Shown here piece after piece: positions 40,012-49,540 of a DNA stretch of 64,000 nucleotides (positions are counted from its first letter, which is position 1; each line of letters starts with the position of its first letter). The position numbers were made by a program, and so were the translations under genes. Source of the DNA: Pseudoxanthomonas sp. (GTDB lineage: Bacteria > Pseudomonadota > Gammaproteobacteria > Xanthomonadales > Xanthomonadaceae); contig DASVNG010000029.1 in assembly GCA_036383995.1 (NCBI GenBank), positions 2,351 through 66,350 of the forward strand, given 5' to 3'. Below the pieces are notes generated by a model. It was not told where the DNA came from. It saw nothing but the letters and a program-made list of their open reading frames with translations, and made no database searches.

Positions 40012-41997
40012 CTAACGCTGCCGGCGCGCGCCGATGTCCACCCGCGCAGCTTGCCGTACCACCACCTGGATCACGCGCTGGGCAGTTGCGTCGTCGATGT
40101 ACCAGGGCAAGGGCAGGTTGTCGGGCACCACGGTCACCCGGTGAGCGCCCGCGGCGACCCGGGGAAACTCGAAATTGCCCAGGCTGTCGGTGCGCGCGGC
40201 GTAGCGGCCGTCCAGCAGCACGGTGACGTTGGCGGCGGGCTGTTCGGAGGCGGCGCGAACACCATCGCCGTTATCGTCCAGGAACAGGCTTCCGACGACC
40301 GAACCGGTAGGGCCGCTGGAGGCGCCGCCCAGCACCGCCTGTGGCCGCCCGGCGCTGCGTTCATAGCGCAGGCTCAGGAATACGGAACGGTCGCGCGGCA
40401 GGGAGATGAAAGGAGTTTCGGTGACCAGCGGATCCAGGACGAAGGGAGAACGTTGCGATCCCGTACTCTGATAAAGCGCTGCGTTCACCGACCAGCGCGG
40501 GGTCATGCGCCAGTTCACGCCCAGGTTGAAATCGGTGCCCCGGACCGCGCCATCGCCGTCGCCATGGGTCCATCGCGCGCTGCCGTCGATCGACAATCTA
40601 TTGCTGAGATCGCGTCCGCCGTACATCGAAACGGTGGCCGCGCGGGTCGGCTCATCCTGGTCTTCGTATCGCAGTTCGCCATAGGCCAGCGAAACCGAAA
40701 GGCGTGCGCCTTGTTGCAGCGGCAGCGCCTGGTCCACGCTGACCTGCCAACTGTCCGCCTCGCCGTCGGCGCCGGCCTGGTCCACTTGCACGCGGGTTTG
40801 ACCCCAGGCGGTGCTTTTGTCCAGGAACAACTGCACGCTGTGCGCAGTGGTGGTGGAATGGCGCAGGTTGAGGCTGGCACCGTAGCCCAGAGTGCTGTTG
40901 GCCTGGTATCGCGCGAATCCGGTGGCGTAAGTGCCGTCGAAACCGGCGCCGGAGATGGACTCGATGCGATCCACGCTGGCGTTCCAGATCCAGCGCGCGT
41001 ACTGGTAGGCGATACGGTAGTAGCCGCCCTGGATGTCGTTGTTGATCGGCAGCGCGCCCCAGGAAAGATCCGGCTGCAGGCGATAGCCGCCGTAGTTGTG
41101 GGTATAGCGTCCGCGCCGCGAGCTGGCGTCGACCCATGCGCCAGCGGCGTCGCCGATGTCGCTTTCGCTGGCCAGTACGTTCAGTTGCACGCCGTCGCGT
41201 TCGCCTTGCCAGGCGGTAGCGGCATAGAGCGCTTGGGTGTCGCCTTGTTCGAACACCGCTTCGCCACGGTCGTCGGGCACGATCCGGCCATGCGTGCCCA
41301 GGAACGAAGCGGCGCCGCTCCATTGCGGAGCCCATCGCCATTGCGCACCCAATGACGCGGCTTCGCCATCGGCCAGTTCGAAGCCGACCATGCGGGTACC
41401 GTTGTACAACCCGGCGCGGCCGAAGGAGCCTTGCAGCAACAGCCCGCGCCGGTCGTCCTGCCACTCGCTGCTGACGCCGGCGAAGGCCACTGTCGGCAGA
41501 AAGAAGCGGTATTGGCTGCGCTGCATGGGCGTGGAGGGCGTGTTCAACACGCCAAGTCCATTGTTCACCCGCCAGCCGCCGTCCAGGTACAGATCGCGTT
41601 GCCACAGCGTGGCTGCGCCGTCGAGTCCGCCCTGGCGGCCCTGCAGTCCGTCGTAGCGCCTGCGGTCGCTGTCGAACAGGGTGGCGTCGAGCGAGAACGC
41701 ACCCCAGGAGTCGGTTTCCCAATAGCCGCCCGCGGCGATGCCGTGTTCGTCGTAGTGGTCGTCGCCGCGCTCGTTGCGGCTGGCCAGCAGTTCCACGTGC
41801 AAAGAACGCGGCAGGCCGCTGCTGTCCTCTTCGGCATCATGGTCAGGCGGCAACGCCTGCAGGTTCTGCGGCGCGATGATCCGGTCGCGGTACGACGGAG
41901 CCGCCTCGGTCTCCTGTGCGCCGGCGTTGCGCATCGCCAGAATGCCGGCGATGCCCAGGGCGAGCGCCAGGCGCGGATGGGCGTTTCGCGAAATCAT
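40012..41997 (-). CDS. Secreted 661-aa outer-membrane beta-barrel candidate with C-terminal carboxypeptidase-regulatory-like/Ig-like domain (cluster gene E)
   Basis: ATG 41997 overlaps the gene D stop (ATGA). Signal peptide MISRNAHPRLALALGIAGILAMRNAGA. Long run of alternating aromatic/Gly beta-strand sequence (YGGYRLQPDLSWG, GGYYRIAYQYARWIW, FNLGVNWRMTPRWSVNAALY). C-terminal ~90 aa is GSLFLDDNGDGVRAASEQPAANVTVLLDGRYAARTDSLGNFEFPRVAAGAHRVTVV. Confidence 0.6.
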   Translation of the reverse strand: MISRNAHPRLALALGIAGILAMRNAGAQETEAAPSYRDRIIAPQNLQALPPDHDAEEDSSGLPRSLHVELLASRNERGDDHYDEHGIAAGGYWETDSWGAFSLDATLFDSDRRRYDGLQGRQGGLDGAATLWQRDLYLDGGWRVNNGLGVLNTPSTPMQRSQYRFFLPTVAFAGVSSEWQDDRRGLLLQGSFGRAGLYNGTRMVGFELADGEAASLGAQWRWAPQWSGAASFLGTHGRIVPDDRGEAVFEQGDTQALYAATAWQGERDGVQLNVLASESDIGDAAGAWVDASSRRGRYTHNYGGYRLQPDLSWGALPINNDIQGGYYRIAYQYARWIWNASVDRIESISGAGFDGTYATGFARYQANSTLGYGASLNLRHSTTTAHSVQLFLDKSTAWGQTRVQVDQAGADGEADSWQVSVDQALPLQQGARLSVSLAYGELRYEDQDEPTRAATVSMYGGRDLSNRLSIDGSARWTHGDGDGAVRGTDFNLGVNWRMTPRWSVNAALYQSTGSQRSPFVLDPLVTETPFISLPRDRSVFLSLRYERSAGRPQAVLGGASSGPTGSVVGSLFLDDNGDGVRAASEQPAANVTVLLDGRYAARTDSLGNFEFPRVAAGAHRVTVVPDNLPLPWYIDDATAQRVIQVVVRQAARVDIGARRQR

Positions 41998-42797
41998 CGG
42001 GACAGCGTGGTCTCGATGTCCAGATGCTGCTTGCCCCAATCCAGGCGGCCCTTCAGCTGCACGGGATAGGCCGGCGCCGGCGGGGGGGCGTTCTCGCTGT
42101 CGCCTTGCGGAGTGAGCGGGATATCGCGGGTTTCGCCGGGCAGGATGGGAAGGGTCGAAGGCGCGAACGCATAGGTCTTGCCACTGCCGTCCTTGCCATC
42201 GACGAAACCTTGCAGACGCGCATGCGCGTTGCCGGCATTGCGTACCAACAGCACCGGCACCAGTTGGCCATCGATGGTCTGCAGTTTCTGTCCGGCGATC
42301 GAAAGCTGTGGGGCGGCATCGCCCAGGGTGAGGTAGACGATGACGCCGATGCGGCCGGAGACCGGTATGGCCACGCCACCGGCGACGTTTTCGGGATCGC
42401 TCTCGATCATGATCGCGAAACGGCATTCGCCGCTGGGCGCATCGGCCGGCACTGCGACTTCGAAGCGGTAACGTTTCTTGGCGTTAGGGCCCATGTTCAG
42501 TTCGCCCGCTTCCACCCCGACCCAAGGGCGGCAACTGCCCGGCGCCAGGGCTTCGGAGAACTGCACGGTGTTGTCCGATTGCAGTGTCCAGTCCGCCGTT
42601 TTCACGGTGTAGTGGGCGGCCTTGTCGGAAACGTTGGTGATTTCGATGACGTCGCGGTAGGTTTCGCCGGCCTTGGCGTTGTCTTCGATGCGCGGTGGCG
42701 AAACCAAAGCGGAGAACCCTTGTGCCCAGGCAAAGCCGGGGGCTAGGCAGCACAGCGCGAAGAAGATTCGGCACAGACGGTGTCGTTGCGTGGACAT
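41994..42797 (-). CDS. Secreted two-domain beta-sandwich protein, periplasmic chaperone candidate (cluster gene D)
   Basis: 267 aa; the ATG 42797 overlaps the gene C stop by 1 nt. Signal peptide MSTQRHRLCRIFFALCCLAPGFAWA. VSPPRIEDNAKAGETYRDVIEITNVSDKAAHYTVKTADW and RIGVIVYLTLG resemble PapD-like or DUF916-like Ig strands. Confidence 0.5.
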   Translation of the reverse strand: MSTQRHRLCRIFFALCCLAPGFAWAQGFSALVSPPRIEDNAKAGETYRDVIEITNVSDKAAHYTVKTADWTLQSDNTVQFSEALAPGSCRPWVGVEAGELNMGPNAKKRYRFEVAVPADAPSGECRFAIMIESDPENVAGGVAIPVSGRIGVIVYLTLGDAAPQLSIAGQKLQTIDGQLVPVLLVRNAGNAHARLQGFVDGKDGSGKTYAFAPSTLPILPGETRDIPLTPQGDSENAPPPAPAYPVQLKGRLDWGKQHLDIETTLSR

Positions 42798-43273
42798 CAG
42801 GGCGTTCCCAAGTCGATTTCGAACGCGAACGCCAGTTGCTCGTCGCGTCGGAGTTTGCTTCCGTCTGCCTGGATCTCCAGGCGCAGGGTGTCTTCGATGG
42901 CGTCGGTCTGGATAGGACCGGCATAGACCAGGGTGCGCTCGCCGCTGCGCAATTCGCCCGGCAACAGGCGGCCCTGCGTGGTCCATCGGGTGGAAACGGC
43001 GGCGGCGGGCCGCATCGGAACGGTCAGGTAGATGCGGGCCTGGCGGCCTTTCCACGGAGAGACGTCCAGACGCACGGCCACGGCGATTTCGCCGGCGACG
43101 TTCGTAGCCAATCGGCCGCGCGCTGCGGTCGGCTGCGGTTTCAGGCGCAAGGTGCCGCCCAGGATCTGGCTGGCGCTGTCGTCGACCCGGTAGGTTTGCG
43201 CAACGGCCGGAGCGATGCACGCTGCCAGAGCGGCGGCGGCAACCGCTGCGAAAAACGACGCGCGCCTGTTCAT
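42797..43273 (-). CDS. Small secreted beta-rich protein (cluster gene C)
   Basis: 158 aa; ATG 43273 overlaps the gene B stop (ATGA). Signal peptide MNRRASFFAAVAAAALAACIAPAVA. No recognisable family. Confidence 0.55.
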   Translation of the reverse strand: MNRRASFFAAVAAAALAACIAPAVAQTYRVDDSASQILGGTLRLKPQPTAARGRLATNVAGEIAVAVRLDVSPWKGRQARIYLTVPMRPAAAVSTRWTTQGRLLPGELRSGERTLVYAGPIQTDAIEDTLRLEIQADGSKLRRDEQLAFAFEIDLGTP

Positions 43274-43905
43274 GGCACCGTCAACGTGTAGGTCACGCGC
43301 CCGTTGTAGACGCCTGCCGCAACCATGTTGTTGTTGCGGTACGAAAATGAGTGGCAGCTTTCGCGCCAGGTATTGACCGGGAAGCTAGCCAGGGTCTGGG
43401 TGCCGCCGGTGAAGGCGCCGGCCGGGAAGGGTTGCGCACCGGTGTCGCCGTTGCCGCTGCTGGTCCAGGTGATCTGCGAGAACGGAATGCTGTCGCCCGC
43501 AACTGTGGTCAGGCTTGCGGGCGCGGTCACGCTCAACGTGCCCGTTCCACCCGACAGCAGCCCGCCGCGATTGAAGCCGCCCACGTAGATTTCCGCCGGA
43601 ACGTTGCAGAACGCAAAGCCGTCGTAGTTGCTGTTGGGCTGGGTTCCGTTCCCGGTCATCGGCAAGGCCGTGCCGTTCCCCAACTGCGCAGCGGGCACGG
43701 TGACCGACACCAGGTTGATGCCGCCGCCAGAGCCAGGCGTCCCATTCGAGCTGAAGGTGCCGGTATAGACGCCGTTGCCGACCCGCAGATAGACCGACGG
43801 GGTCAGCCCATTGGTGATGTTGACGGTGAAGGCTTGGGCCGTCGACGACGTTCCGGCGACGGCCAGCAGGCAGAGCGCCGCAGCGATTGGATTTCTGGCT
43901 TTCAT
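43270..43905 (-). CDS. Secreted Gly/Thr/Asn-rich subunit-like protein B (paralogue of A)
   Basis: 211 aa. Signal peptide MKARNPIAAALCLLAVAGTSSTAQA. Shares the YLRVGNG, INLVSVTVPAAQLGNGT, GDSIPFSQI and C-terminal YNGRVTYTLTVP motifs with gene A. Confidence 0.65.
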   Translation of the reverse strand: MKARNPIAAALCLLAVAGTSSTAQAFTVNITNGLTPSVYLRVGNGVYTGTFSSNGTPGSGGGINLVSVTVPAAQLGNGTALPMTGNGTQPNSNYDGFAFCNVPAEIYVGGFNRGGLLSGGTGTLSVTAPASLTTVAGDSIPFSQITWTSSGNGDTGAQPFPAGAFTGGTQTLASFPVNTWRESCHSFSYRNNNMVAAGVYNGRVTYTLTVP

Positions 43906-43920
43906 GCGGGACTCGGGCAG

Positions 43921-43955
43921 AAAAAAAGGGAGCCGGTTAGCAACCGCCGGCTCCC
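43921..43955 (-). terminator. Rho-independent terminator between cluster genes A and B
   Basis: On the minus strand: gggagccgg - 10-nt loop - ccggctccc, followed by TTTTTTT. It sits 26 nt after the gene A stop and 16 nt before the gene B ATG. Confidence 0.75.
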
Positions 43956-43980
43956 TCCGGACCTTGCGAATACGCAGCGA

Positions 43981-44604
43981 TTACGGCATCGAAGCCGTGT
44001 AGGTGACACGCCCGTTGTTGACGCCGACGCCGCCGTAGGTGCCTGGAGCCGCCACCGCGCCGTTGGCGTAGGTGTAGGTCCAGCGCGCATCGCGGTTCAC
44101 CACTTTGCCGGTGACCGGGGTCAGGGTCAGGGTGCTTGTGGCGCCATCGACCAGGGCCGGGTGCGGCAGCGCCGTGGCCGAGGTCAGGGCGGCCACCGCG
44201 GTGCCGATCTGCCCGTAGGAGATCGTGTCGCCTGCGCCATTGCCCAGCGCGCCCAGGGTGGTGGAGGTGAAGGTGATGTTGCCGTTGTTGCCTACCACCT
44301 TGGCGGTCACGGTGCCATTGCCCACATCGCCCGAGCCGGCGGTAGCGGCCACGGGGGTGCCGTCGCCCAGGTTGGCGGCAGGAACGTTGAACGAAATCAG
44401 GTTGATGGCGGCGTTGGTGGTGAAGTCCGCGCCAGTACCGACGCGCAGGAACAGGATCTTGGGAACGGTGATCTGGAAGTCCAGGCGGGCTTGGGCGGTG
44501 ATCGGGGTGCCGGTACCGGTGGTGTAGGTCGACTCAGCGCTGGCTGCCAGCGGCATCAAAGCCAGGACGGCGGCAGACAGGAGGGCCTTGCTGGAAATGC
44601 GCAT
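43981..44604 (-). CDS. Secreted Gly/Thr/Ala-rich subunit-like protein A (candidate major subunit)
   Basis: 207 aa from ATG 44604, with AAGGA ~10 nt upstream. Signal peptide MRISSKALLSAAVLALMPLAASA. Motifs FLRVGTG, INLISFNVPAANLGDGT, GDTISYGQI and C-terminal NNGRVTYTASMP. The track ORF start at 44826 is an extension. Confidence 0.65.
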   Translation of the reverse strand: MRISSKALLSAAVLALMPLAASAESTYTTGTGTPITAQARLDFQITVPKILFLRVGTGADFTTNAAINLISFNVPAANLGDGTPVAATAGSGDVGNGTVTAKVVGNNGNITFTSTTLGALGNGAGDTISYGQIGTAVAALTSATALPHPALVDGATSTLTLTPVTGKVVNRDARWTYTYANGAVAAPGTYGGVGVNNGRVTYTASMP

Positions 44605-44806
44605 GCTTTCTTGATCCTTAAAAAGGGCGATGGGAAGTAGTGGAAGGGTTGCCAGGCTCAACAATGGGCGTCCGTCTAATCGACGGATCCCAATAAATCC
44701 CTTTAGAATCAGGCTGATGCCGCGTGCGAGTGTGTGTAGGCAGAACTCTTGCCAACCCCGGCTCCCCCCGGCAGATCCTGTCGTCAGCACCCCGGCGGAG
44801 GCTGAT

Positions 44807-44873
44807 GTGAAAGAATTTTCACCCATTAGCGTGGAAACTGTGACTCAAATTTGTTGAAAATGTGACCAGTTTC
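44807..44873. promoter_or_regulatory. AT-rich palindrome/direct-repeat block upstream of cluster gene A (divergent from map)
   Basis: gtgaaa-gaat-tttcac (44807-44822). gaaactg (44834-44840) is inverted to cagtttc (44867-44873). That inverted pair encloses two (c/a)tgtgac repeats at 44838 and 44860. Confidence 0.4.
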
Positions 44874-45051
44874 TCTATTTAAATGTACTAAAGCACTTGC
44901 TCAGCTGAGAACACCGTCACATCGCTGCATGCGGCGATGAGAGTCCTCGGGCTGTCGCTGAATGGCCCGTTAGGGACCCACAACGGCCCCGCAAGCCTTG
45001 CCCATCGGGGGGTTTGTTCAGGAGTAAAGCGAAATCGGCGATAATCCAAGC

Positions 45052-45846
45052 ATGGCTATCACTCTGAAATCCCCCGAAGACCTCGAGCACATGCGTGTAG
45101 CCGGCCGTCTGGCGGCCGAAGTGCTGCAGGTCGTCGCCCCGTACGTGAAGCCCGGAGTGACCACCGCCGAGCTGGACCGGGTCTGCCACGACCATATCGT
45201 CAACGTGCAGCACGCCATCCCAGCCAATGTCGGCTACGGCGGCGGCCATGGGCGCATCCCGTTCCCGTTCACGGTCTGCACCTCGGTCAACAACGTGATC
45301 TGCCACGGCATGCCCAGCGAGGGCAAGGTGCTGAAGGACGGCGACACCGTCAACATCGATGTCACCGTGATCAAGGACGGCTGGCACGGCGACACCAGCC
45401 GCATGTACTACGTGGGCACGCCGTCGGTCATGGCCAAGCGTCTGGTGGAGACCACCCGTGAAGCCATGTTCCGCGGCATACGCACGGTCAAGCCGGGCGC
45501 CACGCTCGGCGATGTCGGCCATGCCATCCAGGAATACGCCGAGTCGCAGCGTTTCAGCGTGGTGCGCGAATATTGCGGCCACGGCATCGGCAAGGTCTAT
45601 CACGACGAACCGCAAGTGCTGCACTACGGTCGCCCCGGCGATGGCGTGGTGCTCAAGCCCGGCATGACCTTCACCATCGAGCCGATGATCAACGAAGGCA
45701 CGCGCTACACGCGCCTGTTGCCCGACGGCTGGACCGTGGTCACCAAGGACCGCAAGCTCTCCGCGCAGTGGGAACACACCGTGGCGGTGACCGAGGACGG
45801 CGTCGAGATCCTGACCCGGGTGCCCGGCGACGACAACGATCTGTGA
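45052..45846 (+). CDS. map: Methionine aminopeptidase type I
   Basis: 264 aa. VCHGMP, DTVNIDVTV, GHGIGKVYHDEPQVLHY and FTIEPM metal-ligand motifs. Confidence 0.96.
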   Translation: MAITLKSPEDLEHMRVAGRLAAEVLQVVAPYVKPGVTTAELDRVCHDHIVNVQHAIPANVGYGGGHGRIPFPFTVCTSVNNVICHGMPSEGKVLKDGDTVNIDVTVIKDGWHGDTSRMYYVGTPSVMAKRLVETTREAMFRGIRTVKPGATLGDVGHAIQEYAESQRFSVVREYCGHGIGKVYHDEPQVLHYGRPGDGVVLKPGMTFTIEPMINEGTRYTRLLPDGWTVVTKDRKLSAQWEHTVAVTEDGVEILTRVPGDDNDL

Positions 45847-48467
45847 GCACCACGGCTGCCGCGAAAGAAACTGGAGCGCGGCCGCCGGGTAGCGAAAGCG
45901 ATGCCGTCTGGTCGGCGCAAGCGCGCGCGACGCTGAACGCTTCGGACGCCAAACTGGCGAAACGTTTCGATCAGGGCGATGAAGTGGATCGCCTGATCGC
46001 CCTGCGCGCCCGTGCGGCCGACCATCTTTTGAAGGACGCCTGGGCGCGCTGCGTTGCTTCCGAAGCGCCGCTGGCCTTGTTCGCGGTCGGCGGCTACGGG
46101 CGCGGAGAACTCTTCCCGCAGTCCGACATAGATCTGCTGGTGCTGGCCGATAGCGAGACCCAGCAAGCGCAGCACGCTTCGCTTTCCCGTTTTTTCGCCA
46201 TGCTGTGGGATGCCGGTTTGCCGGTCAGCCATGCGGTGCGCTCGTCCGGCCAGTGCACCGAGGCAGCGTCCGACCAGACCGTCCTCACGGCCTTGATCGA
46301 ATGGCGTGCCCTATGCGCCGATGAAGCGGCGCAGGCGACGCTGACGGCGGCCATTTCCCCGCAGCAGGTCTGGCCGCCGCGCGATTTCTTCGTGGCCAAG
46401 CGCGAAGAGCTGCGTCTGCGTCATGCGCGTTTCGGCGATACCTCTGAAAACCTCGAGCCCAACCTCAAGGACGGACCCGGCGGTCTGCGCGATCTGCATA
46501 CGCTGGGCTGGATGGCGCTGCGCACTTTCGGCGTGCGCGAACTGGAGCCGTTGATCGGCCTGAGCCATGTCGGCCCCGACGAAGCGGCCGCGCTGGCGCG
46601 CGAGCGCCGCGCGCTCGGACGCCTGCGCTACGGGCTGCATCTGGTCGCCGGACGTCCGGAAGAGCGCTTGCGTTTCGACTACCAGAAGACCCTGGCCGAG
46701 CGCCTGGGCTTCGCCGACGACGAAGAAAACCTGGGCGTCGAGAAGATGATGCAGGGTTTCTACCGCAGCGCGGCCATCGTGCGTCGGGTCAGCGACCGTC
46801 TATTGCAGCGGTTCGAAGAGCAGTTCGACGGCGAGGCGCTGCCCGAGCCGTTGGACGACTTCTTCGCACTGCGCCGCGGCTATCTGGCCGCGCGCGACCC
46901 AGCCTGGCCGCAGGCCGACGTCTCCCAGGTCTTCGCGCTTTTCGCCATGTGGGCGGCGCATCCGGAAGTCAGGGGGCTGCATTCGCGCACCGCGCGCGCC
47001 CTGGCCGAATCATTGACGCGGCTGCCTTCGTTCGAAGTCGCCAGCGCGGCCCAGCGCGCCGGTTTCATGGCTTTGCTGCGCGCGCCGCGCGCCGTCGAAA
47101 CGCTGACCCGCATGGCCCGGCTGGGCGTGCTGGGGCAGTGGATCCCGGCATTCTCGCGCGTGTCGGGACGGATGCAGTTCGATCTGTTCCATGTCTATAC
47201 CGTCGATCAGCACACGCTGATGGTGCTGCGTAACATCGCCGCGTTTTCGTCGGGCCGCGCCGACGAGCGCTTTTCCATCGCCCACGAAGTGTGGCCGCGC
47301 CTGCGCAAACCGGAGTTGCTGCTGATCGCCGGTCTTTTCCACGATATCGCCAAGGGCCGCGGCGGCGATCATTCCGAGCTGGGTGCGGTGGATGCGCGCG
47401 AATTCTGCGCGGCGCACGCTCTCAGCGACGCCGATACTTCGTTGATCTCCTGGCTGGTCGAACAGCACCTGCGCATGTCGATCACCGCGCAGAAACAGGA
47501 CATCTCCGATGCGGAGGTGATCCATCGTTTCGCCACGTTGGTGGGCGACCGAGAGCGCCTGGATTATCTGTATCTGCTGACCTGCGCGGACATCGCCGGC
47601 ACCAGCCCGAAGTTGTGGAACGCGTGGAAGGACCGCTTGCTGGCCGACCTGTATTTCGCTGCGCGCAGGGTATTGCGCGAAGGCCTGGAGCGGCCGATCG
47701 CGGCCGATGCGCGCATGGAAGAGGCGCGCGAATCGGCGCGCGTGCTGATGGCGGTGCAGGGTTTCGATGCGGCTACCGCCGATGCCCTGTTCGGCATCAT
47801 CCCGGAAGAGGGCTTTCTGCGTTTCCGCCCCGAACAGATCGCCTGGCAGGCCAGCGCGTTGCGCAACGTGGCCCCGGGCGAAACCCGTGTGCGCGTGCGC
47901 CGCATCGCCGACGACGGCAATGCGTTGGAAGTCTTCGTGCATTCGCCGGATCGAAGCGGGCTGTTCGCCGCCATCCTGGCGACGCTGGACCGCATGGGGT
48001 TCGGCATCCACCAGGCGCGCGTGCTCGATGGCCCGCACGGCACCATCTTCGACACTTTCGAAGTCCTGCCCGCCGACAGCTACGCCAGTTCCGATCCCGC
48101 CGAAGTCGAAGCCGGCCTGGGCACTGCGCTGGATGGCCCGCTGGAGAAAGTGCGCACTTCCCGCCGCGCGGTGCCTCGGCAGCTCAAACATTTCCGCTTC
48201 GCCCCGAAAATCGAGTTCGGCGACACGCCTGATGGCCGGCGTACCCTGTTGAGCTTGGTGGCGCCCGACCGCCCCGGTCTGCTGTCCGATGTGGCGCAGG
48301 TGCTGCGCGCGCAGGGGCTCAATGTGCACGATGCGCGCATCGCCACTTTCGGCGAGCGCGCCGAAGACCTGTTCCAGATCACCGACGCCAACGGCCAGCC
48401 GCTCGACGAACGAACCCAGCAGGCCCTGCGCGACGCGCTGCGGGCCAGCTTCGAAAACATCCCTTGA
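45843..48467 (+). CDS. glnD: [Protein-PII] uridylyltransferase/uridylyl-removing enzyme
   Basis: 874 aa from GTG 45843, overlapping the map stop (GTGA). Nucleotidyltransferase motif [23 protein letters not shown] domain [13 protein letters not shown], two C-terminal ACT-like regions. Confidence 0.93.
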   Translation: MSTTAAAKETGARPPGSESDAVWSAQARATLNASDAKLAKRFDQGDEVDRLIALRARAADHLLKDAWARCVASEAPLALFAVGGYGRGELFPQSDIDLLVLADSETQQAQHASLSRFFAMLWDAGLPVSHAVRSSGQCTEAASDQTVLTALIEWRALCADEAAQATLTAAISPQQVWPPRDFFVAKREELRLRHARFGDTSENLEPNLKDGPGGLRDLHTLGWMALRTFGVRELEPLIGLSHVGPDEAAALARERRALGRLRYGLHLVAGRPEERLRFDYQKTLAERLGFADDEENLGVEKMMQGFYRSAAIVRRVSDRLLQRFEEQFDGEALPEPLDDFFALRRGYLAARDPAWPQADVSQVFALFAMWAAHPEVRGLHSRTARALAESLTRLPSFEVASAAQRAGFMALLRAPRAVETLTRMARLGVLGQWIPAFSRVSGRMQFDLFHVYTVDQHTLMVLRNIAAFSSGRADERFSIAHEVWPRLRKPELLLIAGLFHDIAKGRGGDHSELGAVDAREFCAAHALSDADTSLISWLVEQHLRMSITAQKQDISDAEVIHRFATLVGDRERLDYLYLLTCADIAGTSPKLWNAWKDRLLADLYFAARRVLREGLERPIAADARMEEARESARVLMAVQGFDAATADALFGIIPEEGFLRFRPEQIAWQASALRNVAPGETRVRVRRIADDGNALEVFVHSPDRSGLFAAILATLDRMGFGIHQARVLDGPHGTIFDTFEVLPADSYASSDPAEVEAGLGTALDGPLEKVRTSRRAVPRQLKHFRFAPKIEFGDTPDGRRTLLSLVAPDRPGLLSDVAQVLRAQGLNVHDARIATFGERAEDLFQITDANGQPLDERTQQALRDALRASFENIP

Positions 48468-48486
48468 TTGGAAAGACAGAAAGCAG

Positions 48487-49338
<852 letters not shown>

Positions 49339-49344
49339 TTTTTT

Positions 49345-49522
49345 CCCTTCTCCCGTCGGGAGAAGGTGCCCGAAGGGCGGACGCCGCGCAGCAAGTACCC
49401 TTGGGGTGTGAGGGTACGGGGGAGCGAGAATGGTGACGAACCGTTTAGCTTCCACATCCGGCTGTCGTAATTCCGCTTCGCCGTACCCTCACCCCAACCC
49501 CTCTCCCGGTGGGAGAGGGGCT
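49345..49522. repeat. MITE-like composite palindromic element, copy 4
   Basis: cccttctcccgtcgggagaaggtgcccgaagggcgg...gtgagggtacgg ... ccgtaccctcaccccaacccctctcccggtgggagaggggc. Confidence 0.85.
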
Positions 49523-49540
49523 CTAAATCGCAGGAGTTGC

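Noticed and set aside
44805-44822. Possible CRP/Clp-type site (TGTGA...TCAC) upstream of the fibre-like operon.
   Set aside because: The half-sites are separated by 8 nt rather than the canonical 6 nt (TGTGA-N6-TCACA). It is kept only as a generic palindrome, not called as a CRP/Clp box.
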